IMG/VR virus record: IMGVR_UViG_3300030613_000136
Location: 1-35,888 of that record
Direction: 5' to 3' (one strand)
Length of the DNA: 35,888 nucleotides
DNA from: a virus
Lineage: Duplodnaviria > Caudoviricetes
Below, in pieces: positions 8,651 through 17,913 of this stretch. Made by a program: the position numbers and the translations under genes. Each line of letters begins with the position of its first letter. Position 1 is the stretch's first letter. The notes beneath the pieces were generated by a model that saw only the letters and a program-made list of their open reading frames with translations, did no database searches and was not told the DNA's origin.

Positions 8651-9537
8651 CAGATGCTCCTCACGAATTCAACTATTTCTTTTGCTCTGTGCTCTGGAAG
8701 ATGTTCTTTGTTGAGACAGTCGTACAAGGCTTTTGCTCCTATCTCCCTGTGAGTCTTCGAATTCAGCAAGACTTTCAGCCAATAAATCAATTCTTCGTCA
8801 TCACGAAATTGAAAAACGCCGTCAAGAGTTTCATCATTGTCGATTTTATTTGACAAGACGCATGACTTCGTGAATCCTGCTTCGAAGTGTCTGCATTGGT
8901 ATCCGAAGCCATGACCGAAAGGCTGGCCTACGTCGGTAGCGTGGTTGAGTACTACTTTGGACCTGTTGTAAAGTTTGCAAATCTCGTCTGTGTCGAACAG
9001 TTCGCTTCTTGTCTCTATCTTCACTCCCATTTTTCTAACGATGTCTATCATCTTCATCCTGCCAGCGTGATTTGCTCCGTACGAAAGACTTCCGACGAAA
9101 CAAGCATCTACGTCTTTGTTCTTTGCTATCTCTGGCATGTGTCTGTACAGAAGATTATCTGCAGTAAGCAACATTCTCTGCGCGCTTCCGTAACCGTAGC
9201 TTTTTGCTAGCGTTGCTCCGTCTTCATCGAATGTCAACGCATGATCACATGTGTCACGCATGTCGATCATAATCTTCTTGATGTGAGGAAATCTCAAGTC
9301 GTCAACTTGATAAATGATCTTCTTCCCTGGAAGAGACTTTATTTTGTCTCTGAGCTGTCCTGGATCAAGCCATTTGAAAATGATCGTCGCATCGGGCTCT
9401 TCATCAAACTTTTGATCTGTGTAAGAAGGATCAATAACAGTTACTTGTTCACCGATTCGTTCAAGACCTTTTTGAAAAGCAATTTCCGTGCCAAACGGAA
9501 AGTTACGTTTAAACGCACCGATGATGTTGAATCTCAC
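8650..9537 (-). CDS. CgeB-like glycosyltransferase
   Basis: FVGS, YNRSKVVLN, RHFEAG, HRAKEI; GTGA overlap sets start at 9537. Confidence 0.8.
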   Translation of the reverse strand: MRFNIIGAFKRNFPFGTEIAFQKGLERIGEQVTVIDPSYTDQKFDEEPDATIIFKWLDPGQLRDKIKSLPGKKIIYQVDDLRFPHIKKIMIDMRDTCDHALTFDEDGATLAKSYGYGSAQRMLLTADNLLYRHMPEIAKNKDVDACFVGSLSYGANHAGRMKMIDIVRKMGVKIETRSELFDTDEICKLYNRSKVVLNHATDVGQPFGHGFGYQCRHFEAGFTKSCVLSNKIDNDETLDGVFQFRDDEELIYWLKVLLNSKTHREIGAKALYDCLNKEHLPEHRAKEIVEFVRSI

Positions 9538-10256
9538 TTGTTTGACATCCTTACTTTCGAATTGAAATATTCTCTCAAACAATTTCCGCAACGACTGCAC
9601 GAGTGCGTAGACGAATCTTTTCCACAAGAGTATACGTAAGCGTTGTCTGCATACACGTCCATTATTTTCTTCCATTCGCTAGGAAGTATCACTAGATATT
9701 CATTTAATGTGCGCTTCTTAAGCGAATATTTGTCGGCATACTCTTTTGGAATTTGACTAGTGTAATACGCCATAAACGTCATTACTACTGGAACTTTTAC
9801 TCGTCCGTTCGTGTAATGTTTTACGACTCTATCTGCTAATTCTAAATTCCAAGCGTTTATCCTGAACCTAACGAACATCAAGTTTTTAGAAATTTCGATT
9901 AGATGTGCTGCCTTGTCGGTCATTTTTCCGGGATTGACTGTCAAGACAACAGGTCTGTCAAAATCTGCAAGATTCAGCGGCATCGACGTGTTGTAAAATG
10001 CATCGCGATATTCAGAAGCAGCTTTGACAACAACATCTCTTTGGTTGTTGCTGTCATTTCCGTCATTCATTCTCACTATGAATCCATTCGATTCATCGAC
10101 ATCAGGAAGATTTGGCAGATTTTTTTCTAGAGGTTCAAGATAAGAACGTCCAGACTGAAAAAAACAATCATCGCATTTAACTGGGCACTGACCGACTTGC
10201 GGAATTGCGCAAATTATTCCGCTTCCTTTTGTTTTAGGATTCTCGATATACGACAT
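9534..10256 (-). CDS. Radical-SAM-like Fe-S protein (phage GP88-like)
   Basis: CPVKCDDCF (CxxxCxxC), RMNDGND, C-terminal C-x7-CSRCGNC. Confidence 0.6.
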   Translation of the reverse strand: MSYIENPKTKGSGIICAIPQVGQCPVKCDDCFFQSGRSYLEPLEKNLPNLPDVDESNGFIVRMNDGNDSNNQRDVVVKAASEYRDAFYNTSMPLNLADFDRPVVLTVNPGKMTDKAAHLIEISKNLMFVRFRINAWNLELADRVVKHYTNGRVKVPVVMTFMAYYTSQIPKEYADKYSLKKRTLNEYLVILPSEWKKIMDVYADNAYVYSCGKDSSTHSCSRCGNCLREYFNSKVRMSNK

Positions 10257-10257
10257 T

Positions 10258-10629
10258 TCAATCACCCTTTTCTACGCGAAGGCTATCTCTTTCGTCATGA
10301 ATAGTGCTGAACTCAAATAGCTCGCTGGCTTCGATCCCTATTATCTGATGCACTTGACCACGAAGAATTCTGACTGAATCTCCTGGAAAAAGACAAATAA
10401 TATATGGCTTTCCGGTGTCTGGATCGACCATCTTCAGATCAATTCTGCCGCTTTGCAAGTACATAGTCTCTAACTTGTTCATGTGAAAATGAAGAGAACC
10501 TCTTTTTCCGGCTTCCACAATCAACAACTTTCCACAATAATCTTGAATATTTTCTATCCAGATTTCTTTTCCCCAGCCACGTCTGACTATCTTTTGTTCA
10601 TTTCCGTCAACTTTTTCTAACTTTGCCAT
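10258..10629 (-). CDS. Cupin sugar isomerase-like protein
   Basis: GWGKEIW, YCGKLL, SLHFH..KLETMY, HQ, FEFST. Confidence 0.85.
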   Translation of the reverse strand: MAKLEKVDGNEQKIVRRGWGKEIWIENIQDYCGKLLIVEAGKRGSLHFHMNKLETMYLQSGRIDLKMVDPDTGKPYIICLFPGDSVRILRGQVHQIIGIEASELFEFSTIHDERDSLRVEKGD

Positions 10630-11312
10630 TTAGTGATGTCCTCCTCAAATTGTTTGATCGCCCTGTCAGTCTGATCATGTTGCAGCATATCTCGAATTAC
10701 TTTCGTTGACGCAGTGACGATGTCAGACCCGTTTGTCCACGCTCTGAACACGTCATCAGGCTTTCTTATACTGCCGCAGATGACTTTGACTTCTTTGTTT
10801 CTGATGTCAGCGAAATCTTGCAAGACATAATTTGGATCTGATCCACCGTCTTTGATCCTGTTGTAGAAAAACGACACTATACCAGCGCCAGCGTCCTGAG
10901 CCATCTTAGCTTGAAGCGCCGTCATACAACAAGTCGCGTTGATATCCACGTTTTTTCTCGTAAGACGAGAGATAAGATTGAGATTGTCAAACGTCACTGG
11001 GATCTTTACGAAAAGATCTACGCACTGGTGTGTCCTACTGACTTCATCGAATGAAAGCGCTTGCTCGAGCATCTTGTCAGCAGAAGTTTCTATGACTTCA
11101 ACGCTCAAATGAAACTTTCTGCCAACACGCATTCCCTTGTCATTAACGAGAACGATCAAATTTTTGATCATGTCGCTGTACGCGCACTTCTTTTCTTCCT
11201 TCGCGACGAGAGAAGGATTAGTCGTCACACCTCTTATCGCTCCCGTCCCCAAAAACTTGTCAATGTCATCGAAGTTAGCTGTGTCAAGAAACAAAAGTCT
11301 GTCATCGTTCAT
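10617..11312 (-). CDS. Transaldolase (TalC/FSA-type)
   Basis: LFLDTA, GVTTNPSL, VKIP, INAT, GSIR; ATGA overlap sets start at 11312. Confidence 0.92.
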   Translation of the reverse strand: MNDDRLLFLDTANFDDIDKFLGTGAIRGVTTNPSLVAKEEKKCAYSDMIKNLIVLVNDKGMRVGRKFHLSVEVIETSADKMLEQALSFDEVSRTHQCVDLFVKIPVTFDNLNLISRLTRKNVDINATCCMTALQAKMAQDAGAGIVSFFYNRIKDGGSDPNYVLQDFADIRNKEVKVICGSIRKPDDVFRAWTNGSDIVTASTKVIRDMLQHDQTDRAIKQFEEDITKWQS

Positions 11313-12274
11313 CGTTTCACCTTTCTCAAATCTTCGTTCTTTGGAACAACTGTGCCTACGTATGTTGTAGAAAGCGCCGCCCACTTGTTCGCAAACGTCA
11401 AATCTCCACTGTGAACAAGCGCAGCCAAAAAAGCGTCGCCCGCGCCGCAAGTGTCTTTTACGTCAACTTTGAATCCACGAGATGTGTGTGAACGTGAATC
11501 ACAGCTAAACGTCTTCACTCCTTCGCTGCCGAGCTTCAACACGATATCAGAATGAAATTGTTCAGCCAATCGTTTTGCTTTGTAGTCACGTGAAACGTTG
11601 ATTGCAATTCTATGCTTTGAAAACGCCTTTTCAAGCTCATTCTCGTTCATGAGCATTAAGTCTACTCCAGAATACATGTCGTGATTGCTTCCGTTCATCG
11701 CAGAAATCTGACTATCAACAAACGTGAGAATAGAATACTGATGAGAAAGCTGGATGATGCCCTTGACTACATCTTCTGAAAACATTCCGTGTCTGTTGTC
11801 ACACATCACGATAGCGTCTGCTGCATTCGCAGACAAATGATTGTCTAAGTTTTTCAAAAATGATTTAACAAGATCATCATTCCAAGTTCCCTTGTTAAGC
11901 TCGTCAACCTGAAACATCTTGTAACCTTCAGCAAAGAAACGTGTCTTCTTTGTGATGGTCCAATCTTGTGGACAATCAGGATATACCACAAAGTATGATG
12001 CTAATCTTAAACCTTCCAACTCATCTATTCGATCTGAACTGTTGAAGAAAAGATTTTTCAAAGAACGATCTGCAATCGTGAAAAGCGTTACTTCGTCTCC
12101 AAGTCTCAGCAGATTTCTGACGACCAAGCCTGCTCCGCCGACAAACGTCTCAGTGCGTTCTTTCTCTACGACTATGGTTGGAGTTTCTGCAGACAATCCC
12201 CGTCTTTTGCAATAGACATACTCGTCGAGAATCACGTCACCGATCACTACTACTTTTTGTGACTTTCTTTTCAC
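11309..12274 (-). CDS. Second PfkB-family kinase, HldE/RfaE domain I-like
   Basis: IGDVILDEY, SAETP, GGAGLV..NL, DTCGAGDAFLA. Confidence 0.88.
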   Translation of the reverse strand: MKRKSQKVVVIGDVILDEYVYCKRRGLSAETPTIVVEKERTETFVGGAGLVVRNLLRLGDEVTLFTIADRSLKNLFFNSSDRIDELEGLRLASYFVVYPDCPQDWTITKKTRFFAEGYKMFQVDELNKGTWNDDLVKSFLKNLDNHLSANAADAIVMCDNRHGMFSEDVVKGIIQLSHQYSILTFVDSQISAMNGSNHDMYSGVDLMLMNENELEKAFSKHRIAINVSRDYKAKRLAEQFHSDIVLKLGSEGVKTFSCDSRSHTSRGFKVDVKDTCGAGDAFLAALVHSGDLTFANKWAALSTTYVGTVVPKNEDLRKVKR

Positions 12275-12714
12275 TTTATCTCTCCCAACCTCTGGACCCT
12301 GGAAACATGTCTACCACCTTCGAACTTAGTGCTCAAAAATGTCTCAATCAGTTCGTCCATGCCTCCAAGAGGAGTACGCCACTGACCAAGCACTAACACG
12401 TTGCAATCGTTGTGCTGACGCATTAATTCAGCAGTAGCCCTGTCTGTCGCGAGACCTGCTCTGATGTGCTGAAACCTGTTAGCGACGATTGACATTCCCG
12501 TGCCAGTTCCGCAAATCAAAATCCCTCTGCTACCGTATTCGTCGTTAACGAGTTTACAAAGCTTGATCGCGTAGTCCACGTAATCGACTTTCGTTTCGTA
12601 ATCTGGACCGAGATCGACAGGATCATATCCAATCTTAGTCAAGAACTTCGTGATGTAAGCTCTCGCTGCGTTACCGTTGTGATCAGAAGTGATGTAAATT
12701 GTTTTACTGTTCAT
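12271..12714 (-). CDS. rpiB: Ribose-5-phosphate isomerase B
   Basis: SDHNG, DYVDYA, GILICGTGTGMSIVANR, RQHND.NVL, FEGGRH..R. Confidence 0.93.
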   Translation of the reverse strand: MNSKTIYITSDHNGNAARAYITKFLTKIGYDPVDLGPDYETKVDYVDYAIKLCKLVNDEYGSRGILICGTGTGMSIVANRFQHIRAGLATDRATAELMRQHNDCNVLVLGQWRTPLGGMDELIETFLSTKFEGGRHVSRVQRLGEIK

Positions 12715-13435
12715 TCTCTTGTCCATACGAAGTCACGTATCTCTTGCGCCAGCTATCGATCTCTTTCTTAGAAAGAAGTCTATCTTGTTTGTTTCCCATG
12801 AGCAACGTTTGCATCAGCATGTTCTTTGTAGCCAAATTCTCCAGCGAGATGGCAAGTTTCACTGCGCTAACTGGATCGTCGGCAAACGTAAGCGCTCCAT
12901 GATTCCCAAGAAGAATGGCATTCTTTGAATTTCTGTTGTCGATGCCAAGAGTCTCGGCGAGTTCATCACCGACAAGAACTCCCCACTCTGATAGGTCCAT
13001 GTAAGGAAGACAATTAACGTCGCCGCCAAACATGTCTGCTTGCTCAGTGCAATAACAAAGCATGCTCATGTTTGCCATCGCATGAGCAGTCACGTTGGGA
13101 GAATGAGTGTGACAAATTGATTTAATCCCTGTATTTCTATGATAGATCTCAAGATGATGAATCGTGTCAACTGAGGGTTTAAGCTGACTAAGCCTTCTAT
13201 CGTCTTTGGCGCAATGAAACGAAACAGGATCAATCTCGTCTGACACGATACAACAAATCTGCTGAGGCAACACAATCTCTTCGTATTGCACTCCGCTTGG
13301 CTTTATGAGCATGTCACAAGTCTCATCGACAAAATACGACAAATTTCCATGCGCGTCGTTGAAAGATCCTTTGTTCCTAGCCATCAAGTCAAACGCTTCA
13401 AGCATTTTGTCTTCTTCTGCCAAAAGATGTCTCAC
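12704..13435 (-). CDS. Class II aldolase/adducin family (L-ribulose-5-P 4-epimerase-like)
   Basis: GNLS, IKPSGV.Y, KPSVDT..H, HTHS, LL.NHG. Confidence 0.88.
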   Translation of the reverse strand: MRHLLAEEDKMLEAFDLMARNKGSFNDAHGNLSYFVDETCDMLIKPSGVQYEEIVLPQQICCIVSDEIDPVSFHCAKDDRRLSQLKPSVDTIHHLEIYHRNTGIKSICHTHSPNVTAHAMANMSMLCYCTEQADMFGGDVNCLPYMDLSEWGVLVGDELAETLGIDNRNSKNAILLGNHGALTFADDPVSAVKLAISLENLATKNMLMQTLLMGNKQDRLLSKKEIDSWRKRYVTSYGQENEQ

Positions 13436-14346
13436 GTCAATATCTCCCTTAGCTTTTCCATGATTCGTTGTGGAGTCATTATACTACGAAAAGCGCCGGC
13501 GCCATACAACTTTTTTATCTTTTGCTTCTCATTCACACGAAGAGGACTAGACTTTATGAACGAATTGTCGAGAAAGAACATCGACAAGACATCGAGTCCG
13601 CAGCTTGACGCGACGTGCATTGTCCCAGTGTCGTTTCCTACGTAAGCTGAACATTTTGAAATGAGATTAAACATATCTGGAATTCGACATGGAGCGTAAA
13701 ACGAGAATCTGTTCTTGTCTCTAACCAAGCTAGAAATTTGAGAAATTGACAACTTCAAATCGAGCATGTCTCCAGACGTCACAACTCGTTTGTTGGGATA
13801 TTCGCTCAAAATCATTTTTACAAGAGCAGCGTAGTTCGCGTTTCCCCAGTGCTTGACAGACCAAAAGTTACTCGAATCTTTCTTGTATCCTATCCCAAGA
13901 TAAATCAAATCTGGATCTTTGTCGACGAATGGAAGAAATTGGCACGAGGGAGTCTTTCCGTAAAAACCAAGCAAACGAGCGTTGTCCATCTGATATTCAG
14001 ATTCATGATACTTCCATGAAACGAGACCCGTCGTTTTTGGATCAGGTCGAGTTCTTCCGTCGACGACTTTGTCTGCGAAAAAGTGCGCTCCGTTCTTCCA
14101 CCTTCCATCATATGGAATGGCGCACACGGCGACGTCGTAGTGACGCTCGATGGCACTGTTCACACAAATTTTCCCACCACCTATAGCCATATGGTTCAAA
14201 ACGTTCAGCGCACCGACGTCATCTGGCAAATTTCCAACAAGTATGTCAACGTTGTCGGAGCCATATGTTTGTTGAAGAGCTTTGATCGCTGGAATCGCTT
14301 GAACTGCGTTTCCCAGTCCGAAACACTTGCAATAAAGTATCTTCAC
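13432..14346 (-). CDS. Glycosyltransferase family 9 (heptosyltransferase-like)
   Basis: GLGNAV...PAI..L, KHW, YVGNDTGTMHVA; GTGA overlap sets start at 14346. Confidence 0.88.
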   Translation of the reverse strand: MKILYCKCFGLGNAVQAIPAIKALQQTYGSDNVDILVGNLPDDVGALNVLNHMAIGGGKICVNSAIERHYDVAVCAIPYDGRWKNGAHFFADKVVDGRTRPDPKTTGLVSWKYHESEYQMDNARLLGFYGKTPSCQFLPFVDKDPDLIYLGIGYKKDSSNFWSVKHWGNANYAALVKMILSEYPNKRVVTSGDMLDLKLSISQISSLVRDKNRFSFYAPCRIPDMFNLISKCSAYVGNDTGTMHVASSCGLDVLSMFFLDNSFIKSSPLRVNEKQKIKKLYGAGAFRSIMTPQRIMEKLREILT

Positions 14347-14639
14347 GCGAAAAAGAACCCGTCGACTCTTGACAAGCAATTTCTAAGCTGCTCGACGTGT
14401 TTGACATACTCTTCCCTGCCTGGCATAGTCAACATGTATTCATATGCTTCACGAACAACAAGTCCCTTTTCGATCAACCTCTTCAAAACAGGAAGCCACT
14501 TTCCTTTTGGAGACTTGTTCAATCCGCAAACGATCACATTCGCGTTGAAAGACAATTCTCTCCAATTGCTGGCGCGAAGATGAAAAACAGAATTAAGCAT
14601 CGCGAGATCTTCAAAAAACTCGTTGTTGTCGATGTTCAT
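14343..14639 (-). CDS. Hypothetical protein (possible winged helix)
   Basis: LKRLIEKGLV....YMLT..GREE pattern. Confidence 0.55.
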   Translation of the reverse strand: MNIDNNEFFEDLAMLNSVFHLRASNWRELSFNANVIVCGLNKSPKGKWLPVLKRLIEKGLVVREAYEYMLTMPGREEYVKHVEQLRNCLSRVDGFFFA

Positions 14640-14640
14640 G

Positions 14641-15234
14641 TCACTCTTCAGTCTTGATCAGAGCTGCAGTGTCCTGCAAAATTTGTGGAAGTCTGATGGA
14701 CCATCTATCAAATTCTTTCATGCTGTGATCGTTCATCGCCTTGTTGTACGCCTGTAGTATGCAGTCTTCGTAAAGATCGTCGAACACTACGAATCCTCCC
14801 TTCGAGACTAGCGGATAGTACAATCGAAAATCTCCCCACACTGCGTCAAATGGATGATGACAGCCGTCTATGACGAGAATATCAATCTTATCTTTGCCCA
14901 GAACGTTCTTCACTTCAGCAATCGTTTCATCCCACAACGAACACCCTATCACGAGTTGAACTGGAAATTCTGACGTTCTTCTCTTGAAGATGTCCAATTT
15001 TTCCTTGTTGGCTTCGAACACGCATTTCTTTTGCGAAAAAACGTCAGGCCGGTCTTTCACCATCGGGTCGACGCATACGACACGTTCGCAAAATCCAGCG
15101 TATCTCATAACTCCCTGTCCGTCAGCGCATCCTATCTCGAGCACTACAGGCCTTTTTTTGTTTATTTTGTAGAATTCAGATACGCATGACATCACCATGC
15201 CACAAACTTTGCAATAGATATTCGGTTCGATCAT
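14641..15234 (-). CDS. Class I SAM methyltransferase (Methyltransf_24-like)
   Basis: VLEIG...G, IDILVIDGCH, GGFVVFDD; GAGGA SD before ATG 15234. Confidence 0.85.
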   Translation of the reverse strand: MIEPNIYCKVCGMVMSCVSEFYKINKKRPVVLEIGCADGQGVMRYAGFCERVVCVDPMVKDRPDVFSQKKCVFEANKEKLDIFKRRTSEFPVQLVIGCSLWDETIAEVKNVLGKDKIDILVIDGCHHPFDAVWGDFRLYYPLVSKGGFVVFDDLYEDCILQAYNKAMNDHSMKEFDRWSIRLPQILQDTAALIKTEE

Positions 15235-15244
15235 GTTATTGTCC

Positions 15245-15985
15245 TCACGGTTTGATTGCCTTAAACAAAAGGTTTGGGTTTCCAAGTCTCATACAACATT
15301 CTACGTAATGATTTTGATTCCTCGGCTTTAGCAAATCGACATACGATTGAGGAGGCTGTGCAAACCCCTCTTCATCTTTTATCTGTTCAAATCCCATGAA
15401 GCCTGCTTCGAGAAATATCTTTTGAAGATCTAGATACGTGAAAAACGCTAGATGTCCTCCGTGAAAGACTTCATGATCTCCAGACGTATGCGGAAATCTT
15501 TCTTCATGTAACAAAGTTTTGAGATGCTGAAAATATTGAATGTTGGGCGTGTTCACGAAAACGTGTCCGCCCGATCTTAAAACACGAAAACATTCTCTAG
15601 CAAAATTTTCTGGATCTATTATGTGTTCAATGAAATCAAGGGCGGTGACGAGCGTAAAGCCCGCGAACCCATTAGCAAATTTGATTGGGATACCAGCTTC
15701 GTCTATGTCTGCGACTATAGCTTCGTTTCCTTTCGCTGTTGCTGCGCTGAGATTTTTCGACGAAATGTCTACGATCACTCTCCGCTCGAACAAATCTCTC
15801 ACAGAATAACCCAGGTCACCGATGCCTCCACCGATGTCAAGAAGCGAGCCTCCTGACGCAAGCTTGCCTGAGCGGATCAACTTCTCGCATCTGTTCACTC
15901 TACCGTTGTTTCCGTCATACGGTTCTAGATCCTTCGGCTTGAATTTTCTTGACGCTATGTTATCGTATAACGCTTGTTTGTCCAT
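15245..15985 (-). CDS. Class I SAM methyltransferase
   Basis: LLDIGGGIG, DFIEHI.DP, RVLRSGG..F..TPN. Confidence 0.88.
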   Translation of the reverse strand: MDKQALYDNIASRKFKPKDLEPYDGNNGRVNRCEKLIRSGKLASGGSLLDIGGGIGDLGYSVRDLFERRVIVDISSKNLSAATAKGNEAIVADIDEAGIPIKFANGFAGFTLVTALDFIEHIIDPENFARECFRVLRSGGHVFVNTPNIQYFQHLKTLLHEERFPHTSGDHEVFHGGHLAFFTYLDLQKIFLEAGFMGFEQIKDEEGFAQPPQSYVDLLKPRNQNHYVECCMRLGNPNLLFKAIKP

Positions 15986-17009
15986 TCAATTCCTCAAACA
16001 TGTAGTTGACTCTGGCTAGCGCGGTATGATATCTTGTCAAGTGTTCATGACCCGCGTTGGCGATTTTCTCTCTCTCTTCTTCATCTTCAAGCGCTATGTC
16101 TATGCACTTGTCAAGCTCGAACAAATCTGAGAAATACACGCAATGTTCGTTGTCGACGAAAGGATGAACTTGTTTACCAGCGAAACGCTGCGACAGCATG
16201 AACGAACCTACGTATGGAATCTCGTAAAAGCGAAGAGCCTTGCCGCATTCTGCGTCACCGTTCAAATTTATGCAAATCTTTGATTGAGCCATCGTTCTGA
16301 AGTAATCTCTCTTCATCACGAAGCTGTCAAAAGTGTCAGGCCTGCACTCGACAAAAAGAGTGTTATTCAATTTTGAATATTTCCGTGCAACATGATCTAT
16401 TATCTTCGCTCTACTCTTGTTGCTATTGTAACCCATAAAGAAGATGTCGTAAACCTTCTCGCTCAAATATTTTTCTCTATTTTCAACGTCCCAAAGATGA
16501 TCAAAATTTGCAGCGTAAGACATCGGACGAACATTTTTGAGTTGATCGTATTGAGGACGCCAGTTGTCAACGAAAGACAAGAACAAATTTTCATACATGT
16601 AAAAAAGAGTGCTTGGAGTGACTCTTTCGTTGTTAAACTTGTCATGTCCAGCGATCACGATGATTTTAGTTTTGTAAAATCTCGCGAATGTCTCCAAGTA
16701 AAGCTGAAAACTTTCGAGGCGTTCATCGACGAACACGTAATCTATTTCGTGATTTTTCAACAACTCGTTTACTTCATTTTTAGAATAATCGATCAAACGA
16801 TCGTTTAGACTAGTGTAACACAAAGAACGACGTTCTGCACCATAATCTCGTTCTTTGTCACCAGTTGTGATCGGGATTCCTTCGCGATGCTTTTTCTGCG
16901 GCGGCCATCTAACGACATTCTCAGGACCAAGTTTCAACACTAAACCTGCAAGAACTGCGTCCATAGTGAAGTCGCCACCTGAACGAGCGTCTATGAAAAG
17001 AACTTTCAT
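15960..17009 (-). CDS. CgeB-like glycosyltransferase
   Basis: YDIFFMG, SKICIN, RFYEI...GSFMLS, IANAGH...HT...R. Confidence 0.82.
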   Translation of the reverse strand: MKVLFIDARSGGDFTMDAVLAGLVLKLGPENVVRWPPQKKHREGIPITTGDKERDYGAERRSLCYTSLNDRLIDYSKNEVNELLKNHEIDYVFVDERLESFQLYLETFARFYKTKIIVIAGHDKFNNERVTPSTLFYMYENLFLSFVDNWRPQYDQLKNVRPMSYAANFDHLWDVENREKYLSEKVYDIFFMGYNSNKSRAKIIDHVARKYSKLNNTLFVECRPDTFDSFVMKRDYFRTMAQSKICINLNGDAECGKALRFYEIPYVGSFMLSQRFAGKQVHPFVDNEHCVYFSDLFELDKCIDIALEDEEEREKIANAGHEHLTRYHTALARVNYMFEELNGQTSVIR

Positions 17010-17245
17010 GAACCCTCTGTCATGTCGTATCTTACGATTCTGCGCTCGTAATCAGTCGATGTTATTTCATGCGTGTGTAGCGCGCCGTGTTCATAACACA
17101 TCGCGTCGTCGCAAACAACATTATTTTTTGTTTTGACCTCAACCCAAATTGAAACGAACAAAGACCGAGGAGCGACTTCGATTGTTTCATCTTTAATAAT
17201 GCCTTTCAAACTTTCAACTGAGTGTATGTACTTGCCCACTTTCAT
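17006..17245 (-). CDS. Hypothetical protein
   Basis: ATGA overlaps at both ends. Confidence 0.6.
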   Translation of the reverse strand: MKVGKYIHSVESLKGIIKDETIEVAPRSLFVSIWVEVKTKNNVVCDDAMCYEHGALHTHEITSTDYERRIVRYDMTEGS

Positions 17246-17913
17246 GACTCGCTCCAAAATGCATATCCAACTTTTTTCATGAATGTTTCGAGATGTTCAA
17301 ACCCGATATTCGTTTCCCACGGAAAATGAAGCGTCAAAGCGTATCCCGGAAGCGCTGACGCATCTGCATAATATTCTTCAAACTCTGGACACTTCATGAT
17401 TTCGTCTGTTCGCCCGTAGAAATACGGGAATTGACTCGTCTTTACTTCAAGAATGCTTTCTTTTTCGATTACGTTAATCACTTTTGAATCTGCTCCAGGA
17501 CCTGAAAAAAGAGTAGTGAAGCCAGCTCGTTTAAGCGCTTTCGCAGTCTTCAACGAAATCACGTTGTGAGGAGCGATGTAACTAGTTATTCTGCCAGATC
17601 CGTTGATATTTTGAAGTCTTGGAATTGTTGACATGATTTTTCTGTAAATGTCGTCTTCAGTCTCAAACTCCTTGAACTCGTCAAGATACTTTTCATCGTG
17701 AAGAATTCCATGTAACGCTGCTTCGACGCGAGGATTCTCTGCTAGCCAATCGATTTGCTCTTGAGTAGTGTGACGAGGAATGACGCCTAGAACGTAATTA
17801 GACACGTGATCTGCGAGAACTTCGTCGAACAGTTTGAAACTCTCTAAGTTATGTCGCCAAAATTCTGCCGGTTTCGTTCCTGGAAAATCGTCAACTCGTA
17901 AAGTGCATGCCAT
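17242..17913 (-). CDS. Polysaccharide deacetylase-like protein
   Basis: LRVDD, LGVIP, LHG..H, YIAPHN, TLH. Confidence 0.78.
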   Translation of the reverse strand: MACTLRVDDFPGTKPAEFWRHNLESFKLFDEVLADHVSNYVLGVIPRHTTQEQIDWLAENPRVEAALHGILHDEKYLDEFKEFETEDDIYRKIMSTIPRLQNINGSGRITSYIAPHNVISLKTAKALKRAGFTTLFSGPGADSKVINVIEKESILEVKTSQFPYFYGRTDEIMKCPEFEEYYADASALPGYALTLHFPWETNIGFEHLETFMKKVGYAFWSES

